From Bacillota bacterium (GTDB taxonomy: Bacteria; Bacillota; Clostridia; Acetivibrionales; JAMNXU01), in contig JAMNXU010000021.1 in assembly GCA_023623175.1 (NCBI GenBank), positions 6,912-70,911 of the forward strand: a stretch of 64,000 nucleotides of DNA, written 5' to 3'. The notes under the pieces were generated by a model. That model was not told where the DNA came from and did no database searches. It was given only the letters and a program-made list of their open reading frames with translations. This document shows, one piece after another, positions 47,615 through 56,604 of this stretch (the stretch's first letter is position 1; each line of letters starts with the position of its first letter). The position numbers were made by a program, and so were the translations under genes.

Positions 47615-47652
47615 GGGACACGGGTGGGACACGGGGACGGTTCTCTCGTCCC
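47615..47652. repeat. GGGACACGGGGA-family repeat copy
   Basis: GGGACACGGGTGGGACACGGGGACGGTTCTCTCGTCCC. Confidence 0.85.
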
Positions 47653-47851
47653 GCTTCACAAAACGGACGGCAGACGGTTAAAAACAATGTAAGAATGGGA
47701 AACGGGCGCAGACGGTTAATAAACTATGTAAATTAGCCCGGTATAAAATATCGGGATTAATAAATTGGGCATATTTAATAAATTGGGCATATAAGGCATA
47801 TAATATATGCCCGTTTGACAAATTACAACCAGGAAATACTTTGGAGGATTT

Positions 47852-49132
47852 ATGAAAAAGGTTCTTATAATAGCTTATCAATTCCCGCCTGTCGGCGGTT
47901 CGGGAGTCCAGAGGACGTCCAAATTTGTCAAATACCTCAGGAATTTTGATTGGGAACCGGTTGTGCTGACAAGGACTCTCGGCAGGATGGAACTCAGGGA
48001 TGACTCACTGCTCAGGGACATCCCGGAGGGCACCAGGGTTTACAGGACCAGGGCCTGGGATTTCAATGTCTGGCCCGGTATATTGAAACTTCCGGGAAAG
48101 TTTATAGCGCGCAAGGTCCTGATACCCGACGGCGAACGCCTGTGGCAGCTTTCCGCGCGCAAGGCCGCTGAAAAAATCATCCGCGAAGAAAATATCGACC
48201 TTGTATACACCACTTCCTATCCCTACAGCGCCCATCTTCTTGGGCTCCATCTCAAGAAGGTTTTTCCGGATATCCCGTGGGTGGCCGATTTCAGGGATGA
48301 GTGGATGAACAATCCCTACCTCCTGGACAATCCCCATTACAGGCTCAGGATGAAAATCGAGGCCAAAATGGAGCGCCAGGTGCTTTCAAACGCCGACTGC
48401 CTCATTACAAATACTCCCGTAATGCTTAACAATTTTGTCACGAACCACGAAGACCTCAACCTCAGGAATAAGTTCTTCTGCATTCCCAACGGGTTTGACC
48501 CCGATGATTTCCACGAAGTTACCGGGGAAAAGCCCAGCAACGAGAAATTTACCATTACATACACGGGGGCTCTCTACGGCCGCAGAAAGCCCGACACCTT
48601 CCTTGCGGCCCTCGGCAAACTTGTGCGCGAAGGAGCTGTTCCCCGCGACAAAATTACGGTGGAGTTTATAGGCCATTTCCATGCAGACCGCCTGCTGGGG
48701 CAGGCCGAGAGCGAAGGCCTGGGCGGCATTGTAAAATGCACCTCGTTCATTGAGCACAGCGAATGCATCAAGAAGCTTGCGTACAGTGACTGCCTGCTTT
48801 TGATCGAAGGAGGCGGAAAAGGCGGAGAGGCTTTCTTTACGGGCAAGATATTTGAATACATTAATGCCGGCCGGCCAATACTGGCCTGCATACCGGCTAA
48901 CGGAGCGGCTGCCGGTGTCATACGCGAGACCCGGACAGGCCTTGTTTCAGATTTCTACGATGTCGACGGCACTGCGGCGAACTTGCTGACGTTCTTCAAC
49001 AACTGGCTTGAAGGAAAAAATGAATATAACCCTGACCGCCAGGCGATCAGCCGCTATGACCGGAAAACCCTCACGCAGGAACTGTCCGGGGTGTTTGAAA
49101 CTGCCCTCGCGAAAACCGGGCAGTCAGGTTAG
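47852..49132 (+). CDS. glycosyltransferase (GT-B fold, group 1-like)
   Basis: 426 aa. N-terminal KVLIIAYQFPPVGGSGVQR is typical of GT4-like enzymes. GGAGG RBS. Confidence 0.7.
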   Translation: MKKVLIIAYQFPPVGGSGVQRTSKFVKYLRNFDWEPVVLTRTLGRMELRDDSLLRDIPEGTRVYRTRAWDFNVWPGILKLPGKFIARKVLIPDGERLWQLSARKAAEKIIREENIDLVYTTSYPYSAHLLGLHLKKVFPDIPWVADFRDEWMNNPYLLDNPHYRLRMKIEAKMERQVLSNADCLITNTPVMLNNFVTNHEDLNLRNKFFCIPNGFDPDDFHEVTGEKPSNEKFTITYTGALYGRRKPDTFLAALGKLVREGAVPRDKITVEFIGHFHADRLLGQAESEGLGGIVKCTSFIEHSECIKKLAYSDCLLLIEGGGKGGEAFFTGKIFEYINAGRPILACIPANGAAAGVIRETRTGLVSDFYDVDGTAANLLTFFNNWLEGKNEYNPDRQAISRYDRKTLTQELSGVFETALAKTGQSG

Positions 49133-49402
49133 ACGCGTGTTTTCGTTTAATTGACATTAATATACCTGAATGCTAAACTTAACTTGTTCTATATCGGGTT
49201 GTTCGTCCAAGGCCGTTTTCAGCATGTATCCCGAATGTTTCCGGCATTTGCGGGAGAATTCGTTAAAACCGCTCAACCGGACAAGCCGACTGATATAGTT
49301 CTGTTACTTATTAAGCAGCTGAATTAAATATAATTAAGCCGGGTGAATTAAGCAACTTGCTTAAACAGCCTGCTTAACAGCTTAATTAAAGGTGGGATTT
49401 TT

Positions 49403-50686
49403 ATCAAACAGAAAAAGAAGATCTGCGTAATTGGTTTAGGATACATAGGGCTTCCGACTGCCGCAATGTTTGCAACCCACGGCTACAAAATTGTCGGAGT
49501 TGATATACGAAAAGAAGTCGTTGACGCCCTTAACGAGGGAAAGATTATTATTGAAGAGCCCTATCTTGACGTAATGGTCCAGTCAGCGGTGTCGTCGGGC
49601 AACCTGGTTGCCAGGACGAAGCCTGAAGAAGCCGATGTTTTCATCATCGCGGTGGGAACACCTATCAATGAGGACAAGACAGCAGACATGTCCGCTGTAA
49701 TTGCGGCTGCAGAATCTATCGTGCCTTACCTGAGGGAAGGAAACACGGTTATCCTTGAGTCCACTTCGCCGCCGCGAACGGTGGAAGACCTGCTGCTTCC
49801 CATATTGGCAAAATCCGGCCTCGATGTTCGCCGGCAGCTGTATGTCGCCCATTCTCCCGAAAGGGTAATGCCCGGCCGCATACTGCAGGAACTCGTGGAC
49901 AACAACAGGATCATAGGCGGCATCAACCGCGAATCCTGCGAGGTTGTAAGGGATCTTTACAGGGCTTTCGTGAAGGGTGAAATTTACCTGACAACTGCAA
50001 CCGTCGCCGAGGTGTGCAAACTGATGGAAAATACCTTCAGGGACGTAAACATTGCCCTTGCCAATGAGCTCGCAATATTGTGCGAAAGGCTCGGCGTAAA
50101 CGTATGGGATGTAATCCGGTATGCAAACAAACATCCGAGGGTTAACCTGCACCTCCCCGGTCCGGGTGTAGGAGGACACTGCATTGCCGTCGATCCCTGG
50201 TTCATGGTTGAAAAGGCGCCGGATCTGGCAAGGCTCATGGCCCTGAGCCGCAATACCAACGACGGCATGCCGTCCCATGTGGCACAACTGGTGGACAGGA
50301 TAACAGGGAATGTGCAGGGTTCCAAAAAAGTGACAATACTGGGTATGACCTATAAGGCAAATGTGGACGATATAAGGGAAAGCCCAATTATAAGGCTGGT
50401 TCATATCCTTGAATCAAAAAACTATGTCGTGAATATAGTCGATCCCCATGTAAAGGAATACAGGGGGCTTGAAAAAGACCTGTACACCGCTGCAAAAGGC
50501 AGCCATCTGGTGATCCTCGGAGTAAATCACAATGAATTTGCAGACATTGATTTCAGTACGCTCAAACAGGTCATGGCACTGCCGAACGTTCTTGATACGA
50601 GAAACTTTTGGGACCGCAAAAAGGTAACCGCTTCAGGATTCAATTATTACCTGTTGGGCGACGGTACCACGCTTCAAAACCTTTAG
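49403..50686 (+). CDS. nucleotide-sugar dehydrogenase (UDP-N-acetyl-D-mannosamine dehydrogenase WecC/Cap5O-like), probable non-canonical start
   Basis: The NAD-binding loop KICVIGLGYIGLPTA lies upstream of the first ATG (49466) in the same open frame. The SD AAAGGTGGG (49388-49396) is followed 6 nt later by ATC. The catalytic region has GGHCI. Confidence 0.75.
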   Translation: MKQKKKICVIGLGYIGLPTAAMFATHGYKIVGVDIRKEVVDALNEGKIIIEEPYLDVMVQSAVSSGNLVARTKPEEADVFIIAVGTPINEDKTADMSAVIAAAESIVPYLREGNTVILESTSPPRTVEDLLLPILAKSGLDVRRQLYVAHSPERVMPGRILQELVDNNRIIGGINRESCEVVRDLYRAFVKGEIYLTTATVAEVCKLMENTFRDVNIALANELAILCERLGVNVWDVIRYANKHPRVNLHLPGPGVGGHCIAVDPWFMVEKAPDLARLMALSRNTNDGMPSHVAQLVDRITGNVQGSKKVTILGMTYKANVDDIRESPIIRLVHILESKNYVVNIVDPHVKEYRGLEKDLYTAAKGSHLVILGVNHNEFADIDFSTLKQVMALPNVLDTRNFWDRKKVTASGFNYYLLGDGTTLQNL

Positions 50687-50702
50687 ACGGAGGTTGTAAA
50701 TA

Positions 50703-51188
50703 ATGAAAATCATCAATGAAAAAGGCAAGCTTTTCGGCATCATCAACGTGATTGACCTTGCCGTGCTGCTTGTGATCGTATTGATGGCAGGGGCGATCGG
50801 GTACAAAGTCCTCAGTCCCAGGATTCAGCCGCAGAGTGTCGAAACCAGGGATGTCACCTTTGTGGTCAAGATTACTCTTAAACCCCGGCACTATTTAGAT
50901 GCTATCAATAAAGGCGACAAAATAGTTTCGGGCATTTATGAAACTGACGCGTACATCGAGGACATTCAGATAAACCCCGGACAAATGACCGCCACTACGG
51001 CGGATGGAGAAATCCGCTATCCCTCCCATCCCACGCTTTACGACGCCTATGTCAGGATAAAAATGAAGGCGCGCGCCGATACAACGGTTTTGAAGCTGGG
51101 AGTACAGGAGGTCCGTATAGGTGCCAAGTACCAGCTGAAGACAAGAAAGGTCGACATGGAAGGTATTGTCGACAATATTGAGTTTTGA
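50703..51188 (+). CDS. DUF4330-like N-terminally anchored protein
   Basis: 161 aa. MKIINEKGKLFGIINVIDLAVLLVIVL resembles the DUF4330 N-terminus as I recall it. GGAGG RBS. Confidence 0.55.
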   Translation: MKIINEKGKLFGIINVIDLAVLLVIVLMAGAIGYKVLSPRIQPQSVETRDVTFVVKITLKPRHYLDAINKGDKIVSGIYETDAYIEDIQINPGQMTATTADGEIRYPSHPTLYDAYVRIKMKARADTTVLKLGVQEVRIGAKYQLKTRKVDMEGIVDNIEF

Positions 51189-51199
51189 CGGAGGCTCCC

Positions 51200-51742
51200 A
51201 TGTCCGAAGCAGTTGTAAAAAACAGCCTCTTGGTTAAATTCTGCGGAAAACTCGCAGGCAGGCTGGCGGAATACTACTCAGCGAGCTATACCGGAAAGGT
51301 TTTGTCGAAGCTTGCGCTGTGGGCTAGGCAGAGCTCGATATCCAAAAGCTATAACCGGTTCGTGGAAAAAGAACCTGTCTTTAAGCACTCCGTGAGCTAT
51401 AAAATTATTGCCGCGGCAGCAAAGGCAGCTGACAGGACTTTGAACAAAATATTAAAAGCATTGTCGCCGTACAGTACCCACAGCGTATTGTTCAGAACCG
51501 TAAAATCTTATGTCGAAGCTGACTGTCCTGCACTCATAAAATTTGCAGCAGCGGCCCTTGCGTCCTATGCCGTCGGTTTCGCCGCCGTTGTCACATGGAA
51601 GGGCAAATGGTACATGACTTCCGCGGCATTTACCGTTGTGCTGCTGATTATATCGCTGTTTATGTTTCTTTTAAGTGAAAAGCTTCCGACCTGGTTCAAA
51701 AACAGCGGGTTATACCGGTTATATAAGTATTTGATCGATTGA
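51200..51742 (+). CDS. membrane protein of unknown function
   Basis: The ATG follows GGAGG. About 180 aa with C-terminal TM helices, coupled to its neighbours. Confidence 0.5.
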   Translation: MSEAVVKNSLLVKFCGKLAGRLAEYYSASYTGKVLSKLALWARQSSISKSYNRFVEKEPVFKHSVSYKIIAAAAKAADRTLNKILKALSPYSTHSVLFRTVKSYVEADCPALIKFAAAALASYAVGFAAVVTWKGKWYMTSAAFTVVLLIISLFMFLLSEKLPTWFKNSGLYRLYKYLID

Positions 51743-51757
51743 GATTATATAATCGAT

Positions 51758-53254
51758 TTGAAATGTGGTGTTAAGGTGCAAAAAACCAGTAGAAAAATCA
51801 GTCTGTATATTTTGCCGATATTGACAGGCCTGTTGATGGGAGCCTTTGGAGCAGCCTCATCAATAAGGCTTTCTTTTGCCTTTATTGCGGCGCTCGCTGC
51901 TTTGGTCATCCTTCTTCTCGATTTTCAGAAAACCGTTTATGCCCTTGCATGCTTCCTGGTTCTAGACTACGGCTTCCGGCAGGTGCTTCAGTCGGCATTC
52001 CTCGGCAGCGTTTGGGACGAGCTTTTCTTTATATTCTGTGCAGGCCTCTTGTTATATAAATGGGTCGTGTTCAGAAAGGAAAAAGCTTACCGCTGGACGC
52101 CCCTTGAATTCCCCATTTTCCTGTTCATAGCCGTGGGGATAATTCTTCTGCTGATCAACGCTCCTGATATGAGAATTGGCATAGAAGGTCTGAGAGTCGT
52201 CATACAGTACATACTGTGGTATTTCGTGGCGACACAGCTGCTAAGGACAAAAACCGGCGCAAGGAACGTGCTGTATGTTTTGATACTGATTGGTACTGCG
52301 CTTGGCCTTCACGGCATATACCAGTATGTTGCCAACGTCCCGATGCCGGCGAACTGGATCGACTCGCTCGAGGCAGGACTCAGGACCAGGGCATTTTCCA
52401 TCGTCGGCAGCCCGAATATCCTCGGAAGCCTCATGGTCTTGCTTGTCCCTGTAAGTATCGGCTTTGCGTTTTTTGAGAAAAAGCTCATGAAAAAACTGCT
52501 CTTTGCCGGCGTCGCGCTAATCATGACGGGATGCCTTGTAGTAACCCATTCCAGGGGAGCTGAACTGAGTTTCATCCTGGCCGCCCTGGTTTATATTGCA
52601 CTGCTCCGGGACAAACGAATCATACTACCCTCCGTTCTCGTGCTGGCCCTCGGCCTTGTTTTGATAATTGTAGCAGTACCCTCGGTACTTGACCGCATGA
52701 TATACATGCTGAGCCCCGAGTACCTGGCAAGCAGCATGAGAGGCGGCCGCATGATCCGCTGGCTGACGGGCCTTGAAATGCTCAAGGGCAACCCATGGCT
52801 TGGCCTCGGCCTAGGGCAGTTCGGCGGAGCCGTCGCTGTAAACAATAACATACCCGGAGCCTTTTACATGGACAACTACTTCCTGAAAACAGCGGTTGAA
52901 ATGGGTATTGTCGGACTCGCTGCATTTGTCGGCCTTGTTGCATGCACCCTGACGTGGAATCTAAGGGCACTGCGGCGTGTGCGCAATAGCCGCTTCTATT
53001 ACCTCGTGCACGGGACTTTTGCCGGCATGTGCGGTGTCATCGCCCACAATTTCGTGGAAAATGTCTTTGAAGTGCCCATGATGGTAACCTATTTCTGGCT
53101 GTTTGCAGGCGTAAATATTTTCCTCGCTTATATTGCGGAAGACAATGCCGTACCGTCCGGCTGTGAAGCAGGCAATGGAGGAGAAACGGCCGCCAATAAT
53201 TCCTTAACTGGCAACTCCGAAACAGACCAAAATCCAGTAACGGAGCAAGAGTAA
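51758..53254 (+). CDS. O-antigen ligase/polymerase-like (Wzy_C family) membrane protein
   Basis: 498 aa with more than 10 TM segments. The loop THSRGAEL is typical of PF04932 proteins. Confidence 0.75.
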   Translation: MKCGVKVQKTSRKISLYILPILTGLLMGAFGAASSIRLSFAFIAALAALVILLLDFQKTVYALACFLVLDYGFRQVLQSAFLGSVWDELFFIFCAGLLLYKWVVFRKEKAYRWTPLEFPIFLFIAVGIILLLINAPDMRIGIEGLRVVIQYILWYFVATQLLRTKTGARNVLYVLILIGTALGLHGIYQYVANVPMPANWIDSLEAGLRTRAFSIVGSPNILGSLMVLLVPVSIGFAFFEKKLMKKLLFAGVALIMTGCLVVTHSRGAELSFILAALVYIALLRDKRIILPSVLVLALGLVLIIVAVPSVLDRMIYMLSPEYLASSMRGGRMIRWLTGLEMLKGNPWLGLGLGQFGGAVAVNNNIPGAFYMDNYFLKTAVEMGIVGLAAFVGLVACTLTWNLRALRRVRNSRFYYLVHGTFAGMCGVIAHNFVENVFEVPMMVTYFWLFAGVNIFLAYIAEDNAVPSGCEAGNGGETAANNSLTGNSETDQNPVTEQE

Positions 53255-53272
53255 ATAAAAAAAACGCAAAAA

Positions 53273-53305
53273 ACGGAAAGCGCCAAATCAGCGCTTTCCG
53301 TTTTC
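53273..53305. terminator. bidirectional rho-independent terminator
   Basis: ACGGAAAGCGC-CAAATCA-GCGCTTTCCGT is flanked by an A-run on the 5' side and TTTTC on the 3' side. Confidence 0.8.
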
Positions 53306-53713
53306 ATTTCTTCCCGAGGGTGCATACCTGTACCATGCTTTGCCTAAACTGCATCATCAGCGGTTATTGTTTCTCTCCCGTTCGTTTTTCCATACCGTTC
53401 CTGAACTTTTCCCATATCCTTTTTCGTATCCTTTTCTGAATTTTTCACTGTGTCCCCATACTGCGTATTCTTACTGCGTATTCTTTGGAGTATCTTTTCT
53501 TTATTTTATACTGCATTTTTTCTTTTAATGCATTTCCGTGTCTTATGCCTCAACTTTTGGCGTATCATCTTTTGCCGCATTTATTGCATTTATTACTGTG
53601 TCTTTTGCCATATTTCTCAACTTATCCCCTGCTGCATCCTGTTTTGTATCCTGTTCTATGTTTTTTATCTCATGCTGTTACTGTGCCTTATGCTGTCTTT
53701 CTTATCGCATTTT

Positions 53714-54166
53714 TTACTGTATCTCTATCCTGCGACCGCGGCTGCTTTTACCTTCCAGCTTGGGCAGCACAATGGTTAGGACTCCGTTTTCATACCTGGC
53801 AGTTACATCTTCGTTCCTCACATTGTCAACCTGGAAGCTCCTCGAGTAGGAACCAAACCTTCTTTCCTTCCTGATGTAGTTCTCCCTCTCCTCGTTCACC
53901 TCTTCGGTCTGTTCTACTGCTATAGTCAGTATGTCATCCCTGAGGTCTATCTTTATGTCTTCTTTCCTTACACCGGGAATTTCCGCATCAATGATGTATT
54001 CCTTATCAGTTTCCCTGATATCGGCCCTTATTGGATTGACACGGGTAAACACACTTGGGAAGAAAGGTTCGTTGAAGAAGCTTTCAAATATGCTGTCTAT
54101 ATCCCAGAAATCATTTCTCCTGATCAAGCCTCTGTTCCTTCTGTTGTAAGGGGTAATGCCGAACAT
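53714..54166 (-). CDS. Hsp20/alpha-crystallin small heat-shock protein
   Basis: 150 aa. Alpha-crystallin domain blocks DIRETDKEYIIDAEIPG and GVLTIVLPK. Confidence 0.9.
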   Translation of the reverse strand: MFGITPYNRRNRGLIRRNDFWDIDSIFESFFNEPFFPSVFTRVNPIRADIRETDKEYIIDAEIPGVRKEDIKIDLRDDILTIAVEQTEEVNEERENYIRKERRFGSYSRSFQVDNVRNEDVTARYENGVLTIVLPKLEGKSSRGRRIEIQ

Positions 54167-54233
54167 TTACAACACCTCCGTAAATAATTGTATGTAAATA
54201 TTAAAATTTATTGGATCTTGCCTCTTAATTGTC

Positions 54234-54250
54234 TTTGACTATCTTTGACC
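54234..54250 (-). promoter_or_regulatory. CtsR operator upstream of hsp20
   Basis: The minus strand reads GGTCAAA-GAT-AGTCAAA, an exact fit to the CtsR heptad direct-repeat consensus (A/G)GTCAAA-NAN-(A/G)GTCAAA, 68-84 nt upstream of the start. Confidence 0.75.
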
Positions 54251-54697
54251 TTCTGATTAATTTATAGCACGGAATACTAAAATAATGCAAAAACCTTTTT
54301 TGACCATCCCTGACCTTTATCCTAAATTAACTCCTGATAATCGAAAATAACGTTTCTTTTCTAAATAAAGCTCACGAATTCGGTTTTTTGAATTTTTAAT
54401 GCAGTTTTCCCGGGATACTCTGATTCAGTTATTTCTCCGCCTTGATAAATTGGAATAGATTCTTTCGTATAAGCTGCGCTATCTTTTCATAAGGCTATAT
54501 CTCCTGTTTTTCAAGATCCGCAGCCTGGGATATTTCAATACGCTAAACAAACATGAAATGTATAATTCACTTTTTTTCTTCTTCCAGTATATTATTTGAT
54601 ACTAAAATAAAAACCACCCGGTACAGGATGATTCAGCGCTTACTTTTTTGATCCTCTCTGGCAACCTGTTATTAATTCCCATGCTGCCAATTAACCG

Positions 54698-56248
54698 CTA
54701 CTTAACCTTCCTTAAATTGACCAGCCTTTTTAAATCCTGTTTTCTCAGGGCGCCGACAATAACCATCAGCGCGAAACCTATCGTTACATCGCCTAAAATG
54801 GCCAGCAGCGCCGTCAGCCTGTCATTGAGCCCAAACATGCTGAAAAAGTGATAAACATAGCGTCCCGCCAGGCACATGAACAAACATACTATACCGGGTT
54901 TCAATATCCAGTTCCTGATGTCCAATGCAAGACCCGTAGCCTTCATAACAGTATGGAGATTGAGAATGCATACTACCGCGGTGCTTATGGCGATTCCCCA
55001 AATATAGCCGCGGACGCCGTAGACGGGGATTAAGAAATATACAAAGAATATTCGTATAGCGCTTCCGAGTATTGAGTGTCTCAGTGAAATCCCCTGTTTG
55101 CCAAGGCCGTTGATTATTCCCAGCAATGTTTGCTGCACGTAAAGAAATACGCATGTAAACGCCATCGAATGCAGCATGCCGCCAATGTTTTCCCTCCTGT
55201 GGAAAATATCGCTGATTTCATGGGGATATACAAGAAAAACCGCGGAAAATATGAAACCCATGATAAAGCTCATTTGTATCGATTTGCTTATCCTGTAGTT
55301 CACGAGCCTGAAGTTTTTCAGCGAGACTGCCTCGGAAATGGCCGGAACAAGCGTTGTAGCAAGCGAAGAAGTTACAATCGACGGAAAGAAAAGCAGGGGC
55401 ATGGCCATACCGGTCAGTCGACCGTATTCCTCGATGCTTTGCTTGTACTGGAGGCCGCTTGCGAGAAGACGCCTTGGAATTAACAGGTATTCCACCGATG
55501 ACATTATCGATGTTATAAAACGATTGAAGGAAACGGGTATGGAAAAAAGTATAAGTTTTCTTACAATAACCCTTTTGCGGATAAGCCCGGCGGTTGACAG
55601 CCTTCCGGCCTTTCTGCGGTGATACCGATATACTGCTGCTACAACGGCAAGATTTGATATTTCACCAATGGCCGTTCCCACCGTGGCAAGAGCGCATGCG
55701 TATTCAAGTCCGATGTTCAGGAAGTAGCGCGCCATTGTCATTACAAGCCCGATTCTTACTATTTGTTCAACCACCTGCGATACCGCGGTGGGGACGACAT
55801 CCTGGATCCCATAAAAATATCCCTTTATTGCCGAAGCTGCTGCTATCACAGGTATGCACGGCACCGTCAGCACCATTGACCAGTAGGTTCGTTCGTCCTT
55901 TAAAATGACTGTGACGATAGGATCCATGAATATGTAAAGAAATACGGACACGATAAGCCCTGCCGCTACTACAACCACGGTGGCGCATGTAGTTATTCTT
56001 CTAAGATTAATCAGATGCCCCTTGGCATATTCCTCCGCCACCATTTTTGAAACGGCTATTGAGATGCCTGAGGTTAATGTAAGAATAATAAGAGAATACA
56101 GAGGTGATATCAGCTGGAACAGTCCCACGCCCTCTGCCCCGATGGCATTGGACAGGTAAATCCTGTATACAAAACCGAGCATGCGGACAATAAATCCGGC
56201 CACCATCAGGATTATGGCACCGCCAACAAAGGACTTTTTGGCCATCAA
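54698..56248 (-). CDS. spoVB: stage V sporulation protein B-like MOP flippase (SpoVB/MurJ family)
   Basis: 516 aa. The N-terminus KSFVGGAIILMVAGFIVRMLGFVYRIYLSNAIGAEGVGLFQL is SpoVB-like, with 14 TM segments. Confidence 0.8.
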   Translation of the reverse strand: MMAKKSFVGGAIILMVAGFIVRMLGFVYRIYLSNAIGAEGVGLFQLISPLYSLIILTLTSGISIAVSKMVAEEYAKGHLINLRRITTCATVVVVAAGLIVSVFLYIFMDPIVTVILKDERTYWSMVLTVPCIPVIAAASAIKGYFYGIQDVVPTAVSQVVEQIVRIGLVMTMARYFLNIGLEYACALATVGTAIGEISNLAVVAAVYRYHRRKAGRLSTAGLIRKRVIVRKLILFSIPVSFNRFITSIMSSVEYLLIPRRLLASGLQYKQSIEEYGRLTGMAMPLLFFPSIVTSSLATTLVPAISEAVSLKNFRLVNYRISKSIQMSFIMGFIFSAVFLVYPHEISDIFHRRENIGGMLHSMAFTCVFLYVQQTLLGIINGLGKQGISLRHSILGSAIRIFFVYFLIPVYGVRGYIWGIAISTAVVCILNLHTVMKATGLALDIRNWILKPGIVCLFMCLAGRYVYHFFSMFGLNDRLTALLAILGDVTIGFALMVIVGALRKQDLKRLVNLRKVK

Positions 56249-56289
56249 TACCCCAATTGAGCGATAAATCCTGTTTAAAGTATATTTTC

Positions 56290-56505
56290 GTCAGGAGTAA
56301 GTTATTACGGAATTGAAGATGGACTTAATTTGCCTCGCTTTTAAAACGAATGGGCTACATACAGGCTTCCTGCTCTAAGAGCAGTCTTTTTGCAGGCTCG
56401 GCCTCCGAGCCGTTTTCGACGCTGTGGCCCTGCGGCTTATTTCAACAACTCATCTTAAAAGCAAATTGTATTTTTACGGTAAAATCATCCCTGCGAGTAA
56501 TAATT
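56290..56505 (-). repeat. ~220-bp hairpin element, diverged copy C (inverted orientation)
   Basis: The reverse complement of 56345-56500 aligns with the left arm and core of copies A/B (..AATTTGCTTTTAAGATGAGTTG..CAGCGTCGAAAACGGCTCGGAGGCCGAGCC..). The right arm is weakly conserved. Confidence 0.65.
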
Positions 56506-56556
56506 CGCAATACTCATGGCAAACCTATTAATTGTTTAACTGGCACATATTACAGG

Positions 56557-56585
56557 TTGAATTGATGGTTTACATAATTTATAAT
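56557..56585 (+). promoter_or_regulatory. sigma-A-type promoter of the riboswitch-NlpC/P60 transcript
   Basis: TTGAAT, a 17-nt spacer, then TATAAT. Confidence 0.65.
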
Positions 56586-56604
56586 ATGTCGAGTCGAAAA
56601 CAAA

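Noticed and set aside
49133-49400. The spacer upstream of the WecC-like gene, with TTAAGC/GCTTAA inverted repeats (for example TTAAGCAA-C-TTGCTTAA at about 49348-49364), considered as a polysaccharide-operon leader RNA.
   Set aside because: It has short AT-rich palindromes only and no similarity to a motif I can name. They may be a regulator site, but the evidence is too thin for a call.
53340-53874. Three overlapping plus-strand ORFs (62-129 aa) rich in F/L/C/Y/S.
   Set aside because: This is a compositional artefact. The plus strand here is about three-quarters pyrimidine, so stop codons are rare. There is no RBS, the three frames overlap each other, and one runs antisense into hsp20.
54167-54300. 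A CIRCE (HrcA) element upstream of hsp20, prompted by the string TTATAGCACGG.
   Set aside because: There is no TTAGCACTC-N9-GAGTGCTAA inverted repeat. The CtsR heptad repeat is the convincing site instead.
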